In this document: piece by piece, positions 19,144 through 28,747 of the stretch
How positions within the stretch are numbered: position 1 is the stretch's first letter
Layout: the number at the start of each line of letters is the position of its first letter
Origin: Candidatus Terraquivivens ruidianensis
Lineage (GTDB): Archaea > Thermoproteota > Nitrososphaeria_A > Caldarchaeales > Wolframiiraptoraceae
DNA length: 42,691 nt
NCBI GenBank assembly: GCA_023267885.1
Contig: JALNLB010000001.1
Span: 72,779 to 115,469, forward strand
Direction of reading: 5' to 3'
Program-made: the position numbers and the translations under genes
Notes under the pieces: generated by a model
Database searches by the model: none
Told to the model about the DNA's origin: nothing
The model's input: only the letters and a program-made list of their open reading frames with translations

Positions 19144-20622
19144 TTATTTCGAATTGTTCGTTTTTCGCAGACAACTTTGCCCTTTTAGCTTATTCAAGGC
19201 ATATTCAAGATTTACCATTTTGTTTCGCACCCATCTTTTTTCCTCTTCGAGGTTCATCATGCTATCCTTTACGGCGTGCCTTACCAACTCTGGGTTTGCT
19301 GAGCCGACCGTCATGTAGGAGTGAACGACTCTCTTTGGTTCCATTAAATTCATGAGCTCGTCAAGGGTGAGGGGGATATTTGTGTTAAATTCTGCTTTAG
19401 TTTTTTGGAGTAAGTTTTCATTAAGGCCTCCCTCATATAAAAGCCTACTAATTCTACCAGCAAATGCGTGTGCATCACGGAAAGGTATCTTATGCTTTAG
19501 GGAAAGGTAATTCGCAACCTCTACAATACCAGTTGGTGGGCTGCATGCTGCCATGCATCTATCTTTATTGATTTTTAAGCTTGGTATGAGTTTTGTCATC
19601 ATATGTAAGGTTTCTTCCATAATTTCGAGTGCCTGCCATAGCTTTGGCGTTATCTGTTGGAGGTCAAGGCTGTAACCACTGGCCTGCCTCGCAGCCATCA
19701 CAGTAGTGGATGTTAATAGACCCAATAGCTCTGCAAGCTTCGTTCTTGAGATTTCTACGACCACTGGGTTACGTTTTTGGGGCATGATGCTGCTTGTAGC
19801 CGAGAACTCCTCGGGAAACTCTATGAGGGCAAACTCTTCTGAGCTAAAAATCACTAACTCTTCAGATAGAGAAGACAGTATGAGGGCAATCAACGTTAAG
19901 CATGAGAGTGCTGCGATTATAAAGTCCCTTGATGTTGTGGACTCAAGCGCATTTTGGCTTATTCTGCTGAAACCCAGGAGCGAGGCTGAATATTCCCTGT
20001 CTAGAGGTACGCTAGTTCCTGCAACAGCTGCTGAACCAAGCGGTGACTCGTCAGATAACTCGTAGACCACCTTTAAATGTTGGAGCGCCTTGATGAGCCT
20101 GACGGCATAAGAATGCATAACGAATCCAAACGTTGCTGGTGCGGCCCTCTGTAAGTGTGTATAAACAGGAAATATGGTCTCAGATTCTGCCAGCGCTTTT
20201 CTTAACACGGCGTCGCAAAACGTTAAGCAATTTTTGTGAAAGCTCAAAAGTCTTTCTTTAAGTCTAAGCTTTATGGCCGTAACAACCGCATCATTCCTGC
20301 TCTTACCAAGAGCAAGCGATGCGCCTATTTGGGGCACATATTTCGTCAGTTCTGCTTCGATCACCATATGCACATCCTCGTACCTTGGGTCGTCCAGGCT
20401 TGGTGGCTTCGCTAGCATCTCTTGAAGATACCTTTCTGCTTTCTCGGCCAGCTCTGACGGGATGATGCCTGCCTTTTCCAGCAACCTTACGTGCGCTATA
20501 TTTACCAAAATCACGCTTTCCAATATCTCCTTATCGAAGTGGAGCGAGGAAGTGTATTTGGCAGCATCTATGTCAAACTCGTGTTCGATTCTGCCTCTTC
20601 TATGCATCCGAGTCACCTTCAT
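19144..20622 (-). CDS. argH: Argininosuccinate lyase
   Basis: EDVH, GKSRND, YTHLQRA, SSIMPQKRNP. Confidence 0.93.
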   Translation of the reverse strand: MKVTRMHRRGRIEHEFDIDAAKYTSSLHFDKEILESVILVNIAHVRLLEKAGIIPSELAEKAERYLQEMLAKPPSLDDPRYEDVHMVIEAELTKYVPQIGASLALGKSRNDAVVTAIKLRLKERLLSFHKNCLTFCDAVLRKALAESETIFPVYTHLQRAAPATFGFVMHSYAVRLIKALQHLKVVYELSDESPLGSAAVAGTSVPLDREYSASLLGFSRISQNALESTTSRDFIIAALSCLTLIALILSSLSEELVIFSSEEFALIEFPEEFSATSSIMPQKRNPVVVEISRTKLAELLGLLTSTTVMAARQASGYSLDLQQITPKLWQALEIMEETLHMMTKLIPSLKINKDRCMAACSPPTGIVEVANYLSLKHKIPFRDAHAFAGRISRLLYEGGLNENLLQKTKAEFNTNIPLTLDELMNLMEPKRVVHSYMTVGSANPELVRHAVKDSMMNLEEEKRWVRNKMVNLEYALNKLKGQSCLRKTNNSK

Positions 20623-20691
20623 GAGAAACCCGCTAACCCATTAACGGAGGGGCGCTCCTTCTAAAAAGTCTTGTGCATAAATGCTCGAGTA

Positions 20692-21756
20692 TTACGCTTG
20701 GCTGGTAGATGCAAGCTCGATTATGCAATTCTTGTAAACTTCTACCGCCGTCAAAACATCTTTTACGGATATTTTCTCTAGCGTCGTATGCGCCAAAAGA
20801 GAATCTCCAGGTCCATAAGCGGCTATATCCGACGATATCCGGTACATTACGTTCATGTCACTCGTTCCAGTCTTCATTACGGCCTTTGGTTTCAGACCCA
20901 TCTTCAGTATGCTCCTAATCAAAGACCTTGGGACCGGGCTGGACAGGCTAACTTTGACAGGTTCTGTCCTTTCCAACACCGAAAGCTCGCAGCCATGTTC
21001 CCAGCACAGCTCTTCTAATTTGCTCAAGATTTGTTTCGAGAGAATAGTATGCGGAATCCTTATGTTAATAACAGCTCTTGCAAATTCTGGAAGCTTCGTC
21101 GGCCAGTCTCCAGCTTCTAAAACAGTTATGCATGCAGATGTCTCTTCATAACCCCTGCCTGAGAAGTTATGCTTTATCTCTTCCCATAGAGTAAAGAATT
21201 TTTCGAGTGCCGATTCTCCCATGTAAGGTGCGCTGCTATGACCACCGCTTGCTGATGTGCTAACCCTAACGGTAACGCTTCCCCTATAACCTATTGCAAC
21301 ACCAGTAGTCCCAGTAGGTTCACCGATTATTATGTGGTCAGCCTTAAAGCCAGAATTTACTAGATGGTTTGCGCCCTTGCCCTCCCTTTCTTCATCAACA
21401 AGGCATGCTACAACAACCCTAACACCTTTAACACTGCTCTTAGCCTTGGCGGCACCTATCAGCATGGCCGTGAGTGCCCCCTTCGCATCAACAGCACCCC
21501 TACCCCAGACCTCATCGTTCGAGGCTTTTACCTCAAGTCTGCCCGGAACGGTATCCATGTGACCAGCAAGCAGAATGGTCTTGCCGGAGCCGTACTCTGC
21601 TATAAAGCTGCCTACATCGTCTACACCATAACTCTCGTAACCTAGACGTGAACATATCTCATAAAGCTGCTCATGGAGTCTCCACTCTTCACCAGAGGGA
21701 GTATACGCGTCTAAAATTCGAAGAAGTATGTCCCTTGCTTCGTTAATAGAGGTCAC
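20692..21756 (-). CDS. lysK: [LysW]-lysine/[LysW]-ornithine hydrolase (M20 family)
   Basis: GHMDTVPG, GRGAVDAKG, DEE, GTSDMN, YGPGDSLLAHT; cluster context. Confidence 0.9.
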   Translation of the reverse strand: MTSINEARDILLRILDAYTPSGEEWRLHEQLYEICSRLGYESYGVDDVGSFIAEYGSGKTILLAGHMDTVPGRLEVKASNDEVWGRGAVDAKGALTAMLIGAAKAKSSVKGVRVVVACLVDEEREGKGANHLVNSGFKADHIIIGEPTGTTGVAIGYRGSVTVRVSTSASGGHSSAPYMGESALEKFFTLWEEIKHNFSGRGYEETSACITVLEAGDWPTKLPEFARAVINIRIPHTILSKQILSKLEELCWEHGCELSVLERTEPVKVSLSSPVPRSLIRSILKMGLKPKAVMKTGTSDMNVMYRISSDIAAYGPGDSLLAHTTLEKISVKDVLTAVEVYKNCIIELASTSQA

Positions 21757-21758
21757 GT

Positions 21759-22949
21759 TTAAGAACCTCCCTTTTCAGGCTTCCAAGCCGATAAAACTTC
21801 GTTGATCAGCTCTGAGCAAAACTTTATGTCATCATCATTTATCAAGTAGGATGGTAGTAGTCTTAAGACTGAGGTCCCAGCCTTAAGGCACAACAACCCT
21901 TTCATTTGCAACTCACGTATGACCTCGTCTGGATTGAATCTTAGCTCTATTCCTAACATAAGCCCCTTCCCCTTAACCTCACGTGTTACATGAGTGCAGC
22001 ATTCCACTATTTTTTTTAGTTCTGCTGATAACTTCTCTCCCGAAAGTGAACTTTTTAATGGGACGGAGTCGTTAATTAAAATATCTATGCCTCCTGATAT
22101 GGCCGCTAGGGCCAGCGGATTTCCGCCGTGTGTCGAGCCGTGCTCGCCCTCGCGTAGCCGCTCACCTATTGAGGCCTTAACCACTACCATGCTTACTGGA
22201 AAACCTCCGCCCATCGACTTACCCGCAACCAGAATGTCTGGCCTTATATTCAGGTGCTCGTGTGCCCATACCTTGCCAGTCCTGCCGAAGCCTGCTTGAA
22301 CCTCATCAACTATAAGAGACGCACCAGTATTTTCACAAACTTCCGTTAAAGTTCTCGCAAACTCCTGTGTAGCATGCGTTAATCCACCTTCGCCTTGGAC
22401 AGGTTCGAATAACACGGCCGCAACGCTTTCGTCCACCGTCGATGTTACTGCATCAATATCGTTGTAAGGAATGAACTTCGTCTCCCATGGGAACGGGTCG
22501 TAACCTTCTCTATACTTTGGATTCCAAGTGACGGATAAAGCGCCCATTGTCCTACCATGAAAGGAATTCCTGAAGGCTATGAAGCGTTTCCTTCCAGTTA
22601 CCTTACGTGCAATCTTCATCGCCAGCTCAACGGCCTCGCTCCCGCTGTTTAGAAAGAATACGTAATCCATGTCACCTGGGATTATCCTCGAAAGCTTCGA
22701 TAGAACCTCGTCGGCGATGTCCGTCTGGAAAGCTGGCGTAGCCGTCATAATGAGTTCCATCTGACGCTTTATGCTTTCTACTATCTTGGGATTCCTATGA
22801 CCGAGAAAGGCAACACCATGTCCTGTGTGGCAATCTAAATATTTCCTTCCCGTTTCATCCCATACGTACTGTCCATAAGCTCTCGATAACCTAAGAAGTC
22901 GTGGTTTGGCGAACGGTATTATCCTTAAACTTTTATCTATAGTATTCAT
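21759..22949 (-). CDS. lysJ: [LysW]-aminoadipate/glutamate semialdehyde aminotransferase (class III PLP)
   Basis: NSGSEA, FHGRT, EPVQGEGG, DEVQAGFGRTG, AGKSMGGG. Confidence 0.9.
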   Translation of the reverse strand: MNTIDKSLRIIPFAKPRLLRLSRAYGQYVWDETGRKYLDCHTGHGVAFLGHRNPKIVESIKRQMELIMTATPAFQTDIADEVLSKLSRIIPGDMDYVFFLNSGSEAVELAMKIARKVTGRKRFIAFRNSFHGRTMGALSVTWNPKYREGYDPFPWETKFIPYNDIDAVTSTVDESVAAVLFEPVQGEGGLTHATQEFARTLTEVCENTGASLIVDEVQAGFGRTGKVWAHEHLNIRPDILVAGKSMGGGFPVSMVVVKASIGERLREGEHGSTHGGNPLALAAISGGIDILINDSVPLKSSLSGEKLSAELKKIVECCTHVTREVKGKGLMLGIELRFNPDEVIRELQMKGLLCLKAGTSVLRLLPSYLINDDDIKFCSELINEVLSAWKPEKGGS

Positions 22950-23791
22950 GCCTTTAGTGCTTCTACGGTTGAAGATATTATCTTGCGAGGTAGGTCGTAA
23001 CCTGTAACCCTAACGGTGTTCTTGAACTCAACCACGGCGTTCACTTCAGACACCATTATTTTGCCATCTTCGGCCTCCATTAAGTCCACACCCAAAACAC
23101 CGCCGCCTAACGCTTCACCTGCCTTTATGACCAATTCCTTCACACTTCCGTCCAAGTTAGCTGGCTCTGCCCTTGCGCCAAGGGCGGTGTTTGTCTTCCA
23201 ATTCTGGCTCACCCTGTAAATGGCAACAGGGACTTCTCCCCACACGTAGTATGCCCTTATGTCCCTTCCGGGCTTCCTGACGAACTCTTGGATATAGTGT
23301 ATCTGGAAGTGGGGAGAGGGCATGTTCTCCCTAAAATCGAGTATATCTAACAATGAGGATTCGTCATCGGCTTTAGCTATCATCCTACCCCAGCTTCCGT
23401 GTATAGGCTTTACCACGACAGGGTAGCCGATCTTCTTTGCAGCATTGAGTGCCCTTTCTTTGTCGAATGCTATTATAGTCTTTGGAACGGGTATGCCTTT
23501 CTTTGCCAGCATCGCCGTCGTAAACATCTTATCGCCGCAGTTCCTTATCACGTCAAAGCTGTTCACGACGGTTATCCCTTGCTCCTGCAACATAAGCGAG
23601 GAGGCTAATGCCTTGTAGAAGCTTACGCATCTTTCAAATACTATATCAAGCTCCTTGGTGTCAGGTTTCGTAACGCAAAAGATGGATTCTGGAATATGGA
23701 TAAGCTCGAGTGTATAACCTAGGTCCTTGACGGCATACGCAAGAGCTTTCTCTTCCCATCTTAAGAGGTCATAGGCCAGTCCAATCCTCAA
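22946..23791 (-). CDS. lysX: Alpha-aminoadipate--LysW ligase (ATP-grasp)
   Basis: KPIHGSWGR, QEFVRKPGRDIR, WKTNTALG (LysX-type NT signature); directly downstream of lysW. Confidence 0.88.
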   Translation of the reverse strand: MRIGLAYDLLRWEEKALAYAVKDLGYTLELIHIPESIFCVTKPDTKELDIVFERCVSFYKALASSLMLQEQGITVVNSFDVIRNCGDKMFTTAMLAKKGIPVPKTIIAFDKERALNAAKKIGYPVVVKPIHGSWGRMIAKADDESSLLDILDFRENMPSPHFQIHYIQEFVRKPGRDIRAYYVWGEVPVAIYRVSQNWKTNTALGARAEPANLDGSVKELVIKAGEALGGGVLGVDLMEAEDGKIMVSEVNAVVEFKNTVRVTGYDLPRKIISSTVEALKA

Positions 23792-23798
23792 CCGAGTT

Positions 23799-23972
23799 TC
23801 ACTGTCCCCAGTCTTCGGCTATCTCCTCGGCCAGTTTTAGTTCAAACTTTCCTTCGCTTATGATAAGTTCGAGGTGAGCACCACACTCTTCATGCTCGAA
23901 TAGCTCTCCCGATAACGAATCTTCGGGTATATCCAGCTTACCGCCACATATCGGACACGTAAGCTTTACCAT
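23799..23972 (-). CDS. lysW: Amino-group carrier protein LysW (57 aa)
   Basis: Not in the ORF track. Translation MVKLTCPICGGKLDIPEDSLSGELFEHEECGAHLELIISEGKFELKLAEEIAEDWGQ: Zn ribbon, acidic, EDWG-x tail. Confidence 0.95.
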   Translation of the reverse strand: MVKLTCPICGGKLDIPEDSLSGELFEHEECGAHLELIISEGKFELKLAEEIAEDWGQ

Positions 23973-24119
23973 GACTTGAGCACCGCATCACTACTACATT
24001 TTTCGTAGTTATATGTAATATAAATGTTTTAATTTGGCGTATAAGGGGCTATATTTCGGATTAAAACTACGATGTTCGGACATATTTTCGACATAAGCCG
24101 TAACTGAGTTCTACAATTG

Positions 24120-24932
24120 CTAAAAACCGTGCATCCTTATCACTGTGCCGTATTCGTGCTCGACCGCCAAGAGAGGTTCCTCAGTAAGCCCTGAGCAAAT
24201 GATGCAGCGCTCAACCCCTGCCTCGACCGTCTCGGCCGCTAGCATAACCTTCCTGTTCATACCGGAGCCTATTCTGGGTAAGAGTTCCCGTGCCTCTCTA
24301 GGTGTTATCTCACGTATGAGTTGGCCGTCTAAAATCAGACCGTCCACATCTGTCAGTATTACTAGGATTTCGACCCTTAGGGCCCTTGCTACTGCCGCAG
24401 CAGCTTGGTCACCATCAACGTTAAGGAGTTCGCCCTCGGTACCTATGGCGACTGGGGAGAGTACCACGACGTATCCTTGCTCTATAAGCGTTTGGGGCAA
24501 TTCAGCGTTCACAGAAACTATCGTTCCAGTGTAACCACCGTCTATAATCCTCTTCCTTCCACGTTCATCGAGTACAACTATTTTCTTCTTTCTCTCGGCT
24601 CTTAGTACACAAGCATCAACGCCGCTTATACCAACAGCTTTGACACCCTGCTTTTCAAGATACGAAACTATCTCTTTGTTCAGCTTACCTGACATCACCA
24701 TGTTGTAGACCTCCATCTCCTCCTCGTCGGTATACCTACTCCTTATGCCCTGTGGTGATGTAACAAATTTAGGCTCTATACCCATCCTCTTAGAATATTC
24801 TGAGACTATGTCGCCACCCCCGTGCACAAAGATTATTCCCCTGTTTGCCCTCAAGGCTATGCTGTTTAGTATCTTATCCCTATTCTGGGTCAGAGTTCTT
24901 CCGCCAGCTTTGACTACTATCATAGCTCTCAC
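24120..24932 (-). CDS. lysZ: [LysW]-aminoadipate/glutamate kinase
   Basis: VVKAGG, VHGGG, SPQGIRSRYTD, GGYTG, LNVDGD. Confidence 0.92.
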   Translation of the reverse strand: MRAMIVVKAGGRTLTQNRDKILNSIALRANRGIIFVHGGGDIVSEYSKRMGIEPKFVTSPQGIRSRYTDEEEMEVYNMVMSGKLNKEIVSYLEKQGVKAVGISGVDACVLRAERKKKIVVLDERGRKRIIDGGYTGTIVSVNAELPQTLIEQGYVVVLSPVAIGTEGELLNVDGDQAAAAVARALRVEILVILTDVDGLILDGQLIREITPREARELLPRIGSGMNRKVMLAAETVEAGVERCIICSGLTEEPLLAVEHEYGTVIRMHGF

Positions 24933-25035
24933 AGGCCCGTAAAAACATCATCTATGATCATATATTTCCTTTTTTGAAGAGAATGATTCAACCTCTATAG
25001 ATACGGATAGTTGACGACGTTCTCATCCACTACCT

Positions 25036-25050
25036 CAAAAACTTATAAAT
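25036..25050 (+). promoter_or_regulatory. Putative BRE/TATA promoter of the HpcH-family aldolase gene
   Basis: CAAAAAC-TTATAAAT upstream of the aldolase start. Confidence 0.45.
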
Positions 25051-25104
25051 TTCTAACGAATAGACATGCGTGTTAGGACATCCAATTTAATAGTGATGTG
25101 CGAT

Positions 25105-25896
25105 ATGTTTAGAAATAAAGTTAAGCGATTGTTACGTGAGGGTAAGCCAACCATAGGTACTTGGGTTACGATTAATAGCATAGACGTTATTGAGGCATTA
25201 TCTAGAGTTGGCCTCGATTGGCTTTTATTCGATATGGAGCACGGTTCTTTGGAGATAAACGATGTCCAAAGACTTTTGCCCGCGACTAACGGCACCGATA
25301 CCGTCCCAATCGTTAGGGTCCCATGGAATGACTTTGTGATCATCAAAAAGGTTCTGGACGTGGGTGCATACGGTATTATGGTTCCATGGGTTAACACTCG
25401 TGAAGAGGCTGAGGCAGTTATCAAAGCCGTAACGTATCCACCGCAGGGCATCAGAGGCTTTGGACCTAGGAGGGCCGTATATTACGGATTAGAGCCAAAC
25501 GATGAATATTTTAAAGGCGTTAGGGATGAAGTTATGGTAATTGTACAAATCGAGACAGAAGATGCGATTGATAACATCGATGAAATACTTTCGGTCAATG
25601 GTATCAACGTAGCGTTCATAGGACCATATGATTTATCTGCAAATTTGGGAACGTTCGGAAATTTCGAACATCCAAAATTTAAATCAGCCATCGAGAAAGT
25701 TTTGGATTCATGTGAAAAGAAAGGCGTTGCGCCCGGAATGGCTGCTCTTTCCGTTAATAACGCCGTAGAGGCCATCAAGAGGGGCTTTAAGTTTGTATCA
25801 ATAGGTTACGATATATTTGATTTGACAAGGACTTATCGTTCTAACGTTGAGGTTGTGAGGCAAGCGTTAAACAGCATTCTTTCATGTAAGGGTTAA
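25105..25896 (+). CDS. HpcH/HpaI family class II 2-keto-3-deoxy sugar-acid aldolase
   Basis: DWLLFDMEHG, IVRVPWND, YPPQGIRG, QIET, FIGPYDLS. Start placed at ATG 25105 (MFRNKVK); the ORF is open from 25066. Confidence 0.88.
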   Translation: MFRNKVKRLLREGKPTIGTWVTINSIDVIEALSRVGLDWLLFDMEHGSLEINDVQRLLPATNGTDTVPIVRVPWNDFVIIKKVLDVGAYGIMVPWVNTREEAEAVIKAVTYPPQGIRGFGPRRAVYYGLEPNDEYFKGVRDEVMVIVQIETEDAIDNIDEILSVNGINVAFIGPYDLSANLGTFGNFEHPKFKSAIEKVLDSCEKKGVAPGMAALSVNNAVEAIKRGFKFVSIGYDIFDLTRTYRSNVEVVRQALNSILSCKG

Positions 25897-25912
25897 GGGG
25901 CTGCTTCAAACA

Positions 25913-26773
25913 TCATTTAAATTTTCTTACATAATTCACCAAAGTTCCTATTTTTTCTATGTAGATTTCTACTCTGTCGTTATCTTTAAGCTGTATATCC
26001 TTGCCCGGAATTATACCAGTGCCCGTTGATAGCAACGTCCCGGGAGGTACGACGTTATCTCTCAGCAAATACGTGACTATAGTTTCTATTCTCTTCTTCA
26101 TTTTTGAGGTGCTCGTTTCACCAACGAATATTAAGTTACCATTCCTGAAAATTCTCATTTTTATAACGAGATTATGCGGGTCTGCAACTTCATCAGGGGT
26201 CGTTATAAACGGACCGAAGGAAAAGCAACCTTTATAGATTTTTGCCTGTGGCAAGTAGAGAGGGTTCTGAGCCTCGATGTCACGTGCTGTCACATCGTTA
26301 CATACGGTATAACCAAGAATCGACCCGTCCGTATCTAACACAACACCCAGCTCAGGCTCGGGTAGCGTCCAGGCAGAGTCGCTTCGGATATTAATGAAGT
26401 CCTCGTGTCCAACAGAGCGTCTCCCATCGATATCTTTTAAGAATAGCTCAGGCCTCTCAGATACGTAGGCTATTTCGTAAATGCTCTCACCTTTAATCAT
26501 CGCGACATCCTCTTCGGTATATCTAACCCTAGCCCTTTCGTAAACTATACCTGCGCCCCATATTTCTGGAGGCTCATAGGGAATGATTAACCTCTCCTTC
26601 TTGAGTAGTTCTTCCATACTTAGACCTATTTTCTCGTAGAGGTTCATCTTACCTTCTTTTTTGAAGATTATCAGAACACTTAACGGCTCATCTGCTACTC
26701 TGAAGATTTTATCGTCTTTCTGAACGTACGTGCTAATTTTACCTTTCCCATCTATCGTTCGAAATACTTTCAT
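25913..26773 (-). CDS. Fumarylacetoacetate-hydrolase family protein, 2-keto-3-deoxy-pentonate dehydratase (KdaD/XylX-like)
   Basis: PEIWGAGIVYERAR, RPELFLK, RSDSAWTLPEPEL, NDVTARDIEAQNPLYLPQAK, TGTGIIP. Confidence 0.8.
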   Translation of the reverse strand: MKVFRTIDGKGKISTYVQKDDKIFRVADEPLSVLIIFKKEGKMNLYEKIGLSMEELLKKERLIIPYEPPEIWGAGIVYERARVRYTEEDVAMIKGESIYEIAYVSERPELFLKDIDGRRSVGHEDFINIRSDSAWTLPEPELGVVLDTDGSILGYTVCNDVTARDIEAQNPLYLPQAKIYKGCFSFGPFITTPDEVADPHNLVIKMRIFRNGNLIFVGETSTSKMKKRIETIVTYLLRDNVVPPGTLLSTGTGIIPGKDIQLKDNDRVEIYIEKIGTLVNYVRKFK

Positions 26774-26831
26774 TACGCCTCATTAGATACACGTCATAGT
26801 AGTTATTAATTTTTAGTAATATATTTTTCTG

Positions 26832-27890
26832 TTAAGCAGGTCTAAGTGCTGGAAAGTTCAGACCAGTTTTCTCGTCAAGCCCTAGCATTATATTCATACA
26901 TTGTATGGCCTGACCTGCCGCGCCCTTTACCAAGTTATCGATAGCGGCCATCAAAGCGGCTCTACCAACCCTTTTCTCGATAGCAAAACCTACGTCCGCA
27001 AAGTTGCTGCCTATGATGTGCTTTGGGTCAGGATATTGGTATGGCTTACCCCTAACGATTCTGACGAAGGGCTCCTTTCCATACTCAGCAGCGTAAACTT
27101 TCCATACATCCTGTTCCTCCATGTTTGGGTCGACAAGCCAAACGTGTGAAGTTGCCAGCGCGCCTCTTACGCTTCCGACGGCATGTGGGACGAACGCTAT
27201 CTTTAATTCCCTACCAGCTATTTGTGAAAGCTCTTGTTCTACCTCGGCTACATGTCTATGACCCGATGCCTCGTATGGTCTTATCACGTTGGCCCTTTCT
27301 GGATGGTGCGTGCCAGCTGTTGGTATTCTTCCTGCCTCGCTGCTTCCAACCTTAACGTCAATGGCTACATGATCCAGGTCTATGATGCGAGATTTAACAG
27401 CAGGTATGAGGGAAAGTAGGGCGGCTGTCGAGTTGCAACCAGGGCAGGCTACGAGCTTTGCGGAGGCTATCTCTTTCCTGTGGAGTTCTGGTAGACCGAA
27501 TACCGCCTCTTTGAGTAGCTCAGGTTTAGGATGCTTCATCTCGTACCACAGCTCATAGTCCTCCAGCTTCTTTAGCCTAAAGTCGGGGCTTAGGTCGATG
27601 ACCTTTAAGCCTATTTCGAGCAATTTCGGCGTATAGTTTACTGACGTACCAGCGGGCGTGTTCACGAACACTAGGTCAGAGTTTGAAGAAATCTTGTCCA
27701 AGTTCACATCTGAGAACTTCATGCCAGAGAAGAAGCCCCTCAAGTTTGGATGGACTGTCGTTAAGGGCTTTCCTGCATACTCCCTCGATGTTGCGCAAGT
27801 CAGCTCTATCTTCTCATGGTTTGCCAGTAGCCTAAGAAGCTCACCTCCGGTGTAACCCGAGGCACCTATTACTGACACCTTAACCGTCAT
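26832..27890 (-). CDS. lysY: [LysW]-aminoadipate/glutamyl-phosphate reductase (ArgC family)
   Basis: GASGYTGGEL, ACPGCN, HRHVAE, IDNLVKGAAGQA. Confidence 0.92.
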   Translation of the reverse strand: MTVKVSVIGASGYTGGELLRLLANHEKIELTCATSREYAGKPLTTVHPNLRGFFSGMKFSDVNLDKISSNSDLVFVNTPAGTSVNYTPKLLEIGLKVIDLSPDFRLKKLEDYELWYEMKHPKPELLKEAVFGLPELHRKEIASAKLVACPGCNSTAALLSLIPAVKSRIIDLDHVAIDVKVGSSEAGRIPTAGTHHPERANVIRPYEASGHRHVAEVEQELSQIAGRELKIAFVPHAVGSVRGALATSHVWLVDPNMEEQDVWKVYAAEYGKEPFVRIVRGKPYQYPDPKHIIGSNFADVGFAIEKRVGRAALMAAIDNLVKGAAGQAIQCMNIMLGLDEKTGLNFPALRPA

Positions 27891-28747
27891 CGCTTGAGCA
27901 CCTTGACCACATACTCAGCCAAATCTATTGCTACGTTTCTTTTAGTCGCTTCTATGAAAGCTTTAAACTCTGGTACGCCGTTTACCTCATTCAAAAAGTA
28001 CCCATCCGATTCGAGTACATCTACGGACACGAATACGCCCTTAACAGCGTTTGCAGCTTTTATGCAAAGTTCGGTCAACTCTTCATCTGGCTTGAAACCT
28101 ACCGCCTTTGCTCCGAGTGCGACGTTTGACCTCCACTCGTTTTCCTGCTTGTACCTGTACATAGCACCCAAGACTTCATTGTCTAAAACTATTATCCTTA
28201 CGTCCCTTCCAGGCGTCTTTATGTATTCTTGGATTATGTGCGTCTTAAGTTGCTGACTCGTCATCATCTCGCGGTGCTCTAAGAGACTCCTGTAAGCAGC
28301 CTCATCCGATATGAGGGAGACCAGCCTACCCCATCCACCGATTGGAGGCTTATCGACCAACGGTAACCCCATCAATTTGTATGCCTCTTCCGCAGATTGT
28401 ATGGTCAGCGCTACTATGCTTTTCGGTATCTTTAACCCAGCCGATGCCAGCTTGGCGAGCGTCAGCACCTTGTCGCCGCAAAAGATTATGGTTTCGGAGC
28501 TGTTTATTGTAAAACTTCCAGAGGACTCCCTTACGGCTGCCGAGTACGCTGCCCTGTACATAGACATAGGCCTAACCAAACATACGCTCGGCGTCTCCTC
28601 TTTGAAAAAGAGAGGTTTCTCCTTAACGGTTGTTAGTTTAGGTTTTATTCCCAAGTTTGTTAGCGCTCTGACTATCAACTTTTCTTCCATCCTTGGAACG
28701 TCGTACAGGATCTCTACATTGGAATTGGACGCTTTATGACGTGACAA
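27887..28747 (-). CDS. argX: Glutamate--LysW ligase (ATP-grasp)
   Basis: Second RimK-family paralog; KPPIGGWGRLV, WRSNVALG (ArgX-type NV signature), EVNGVPEFK. Confidence 0.8.
   Translation of the reverse strand: MSRHKASNSNVEILYDVPRMEEKLIVRALTNLGIKPKLTTVKEKPLFFKEETPSVCLVRPMSMYRAAYSAAVRESSGSFTINSSETIIFCGDKVLTLAKLASAGLKIPKSIVALTIQSAEEAYKLMGLPLVDKPPIGGWGRLVSLISDEAAYRSLLEHREMMTSQQLKTHIIQEYIKTPGRDVRIIVLDNEVLGAMYRYKQENEWRSNVALGAKAVGFKPDEELTELCIKAANAVKGVFVSVDVLESDGYFLNEVNGVPEFKAFIEATKRNVAIDLAEYVVKVLKR

Noticed and set aside
24988-25026. Short Arg-containing uORF (MRTSSTIRIYRG) upstream of lysZ as a leader peptide
   Set aside because: lysZ has its own TATA-like element near 24959-24966, downstream of the uORF, implying a nearly leaderless transcript. 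No attenuator structure is visible.
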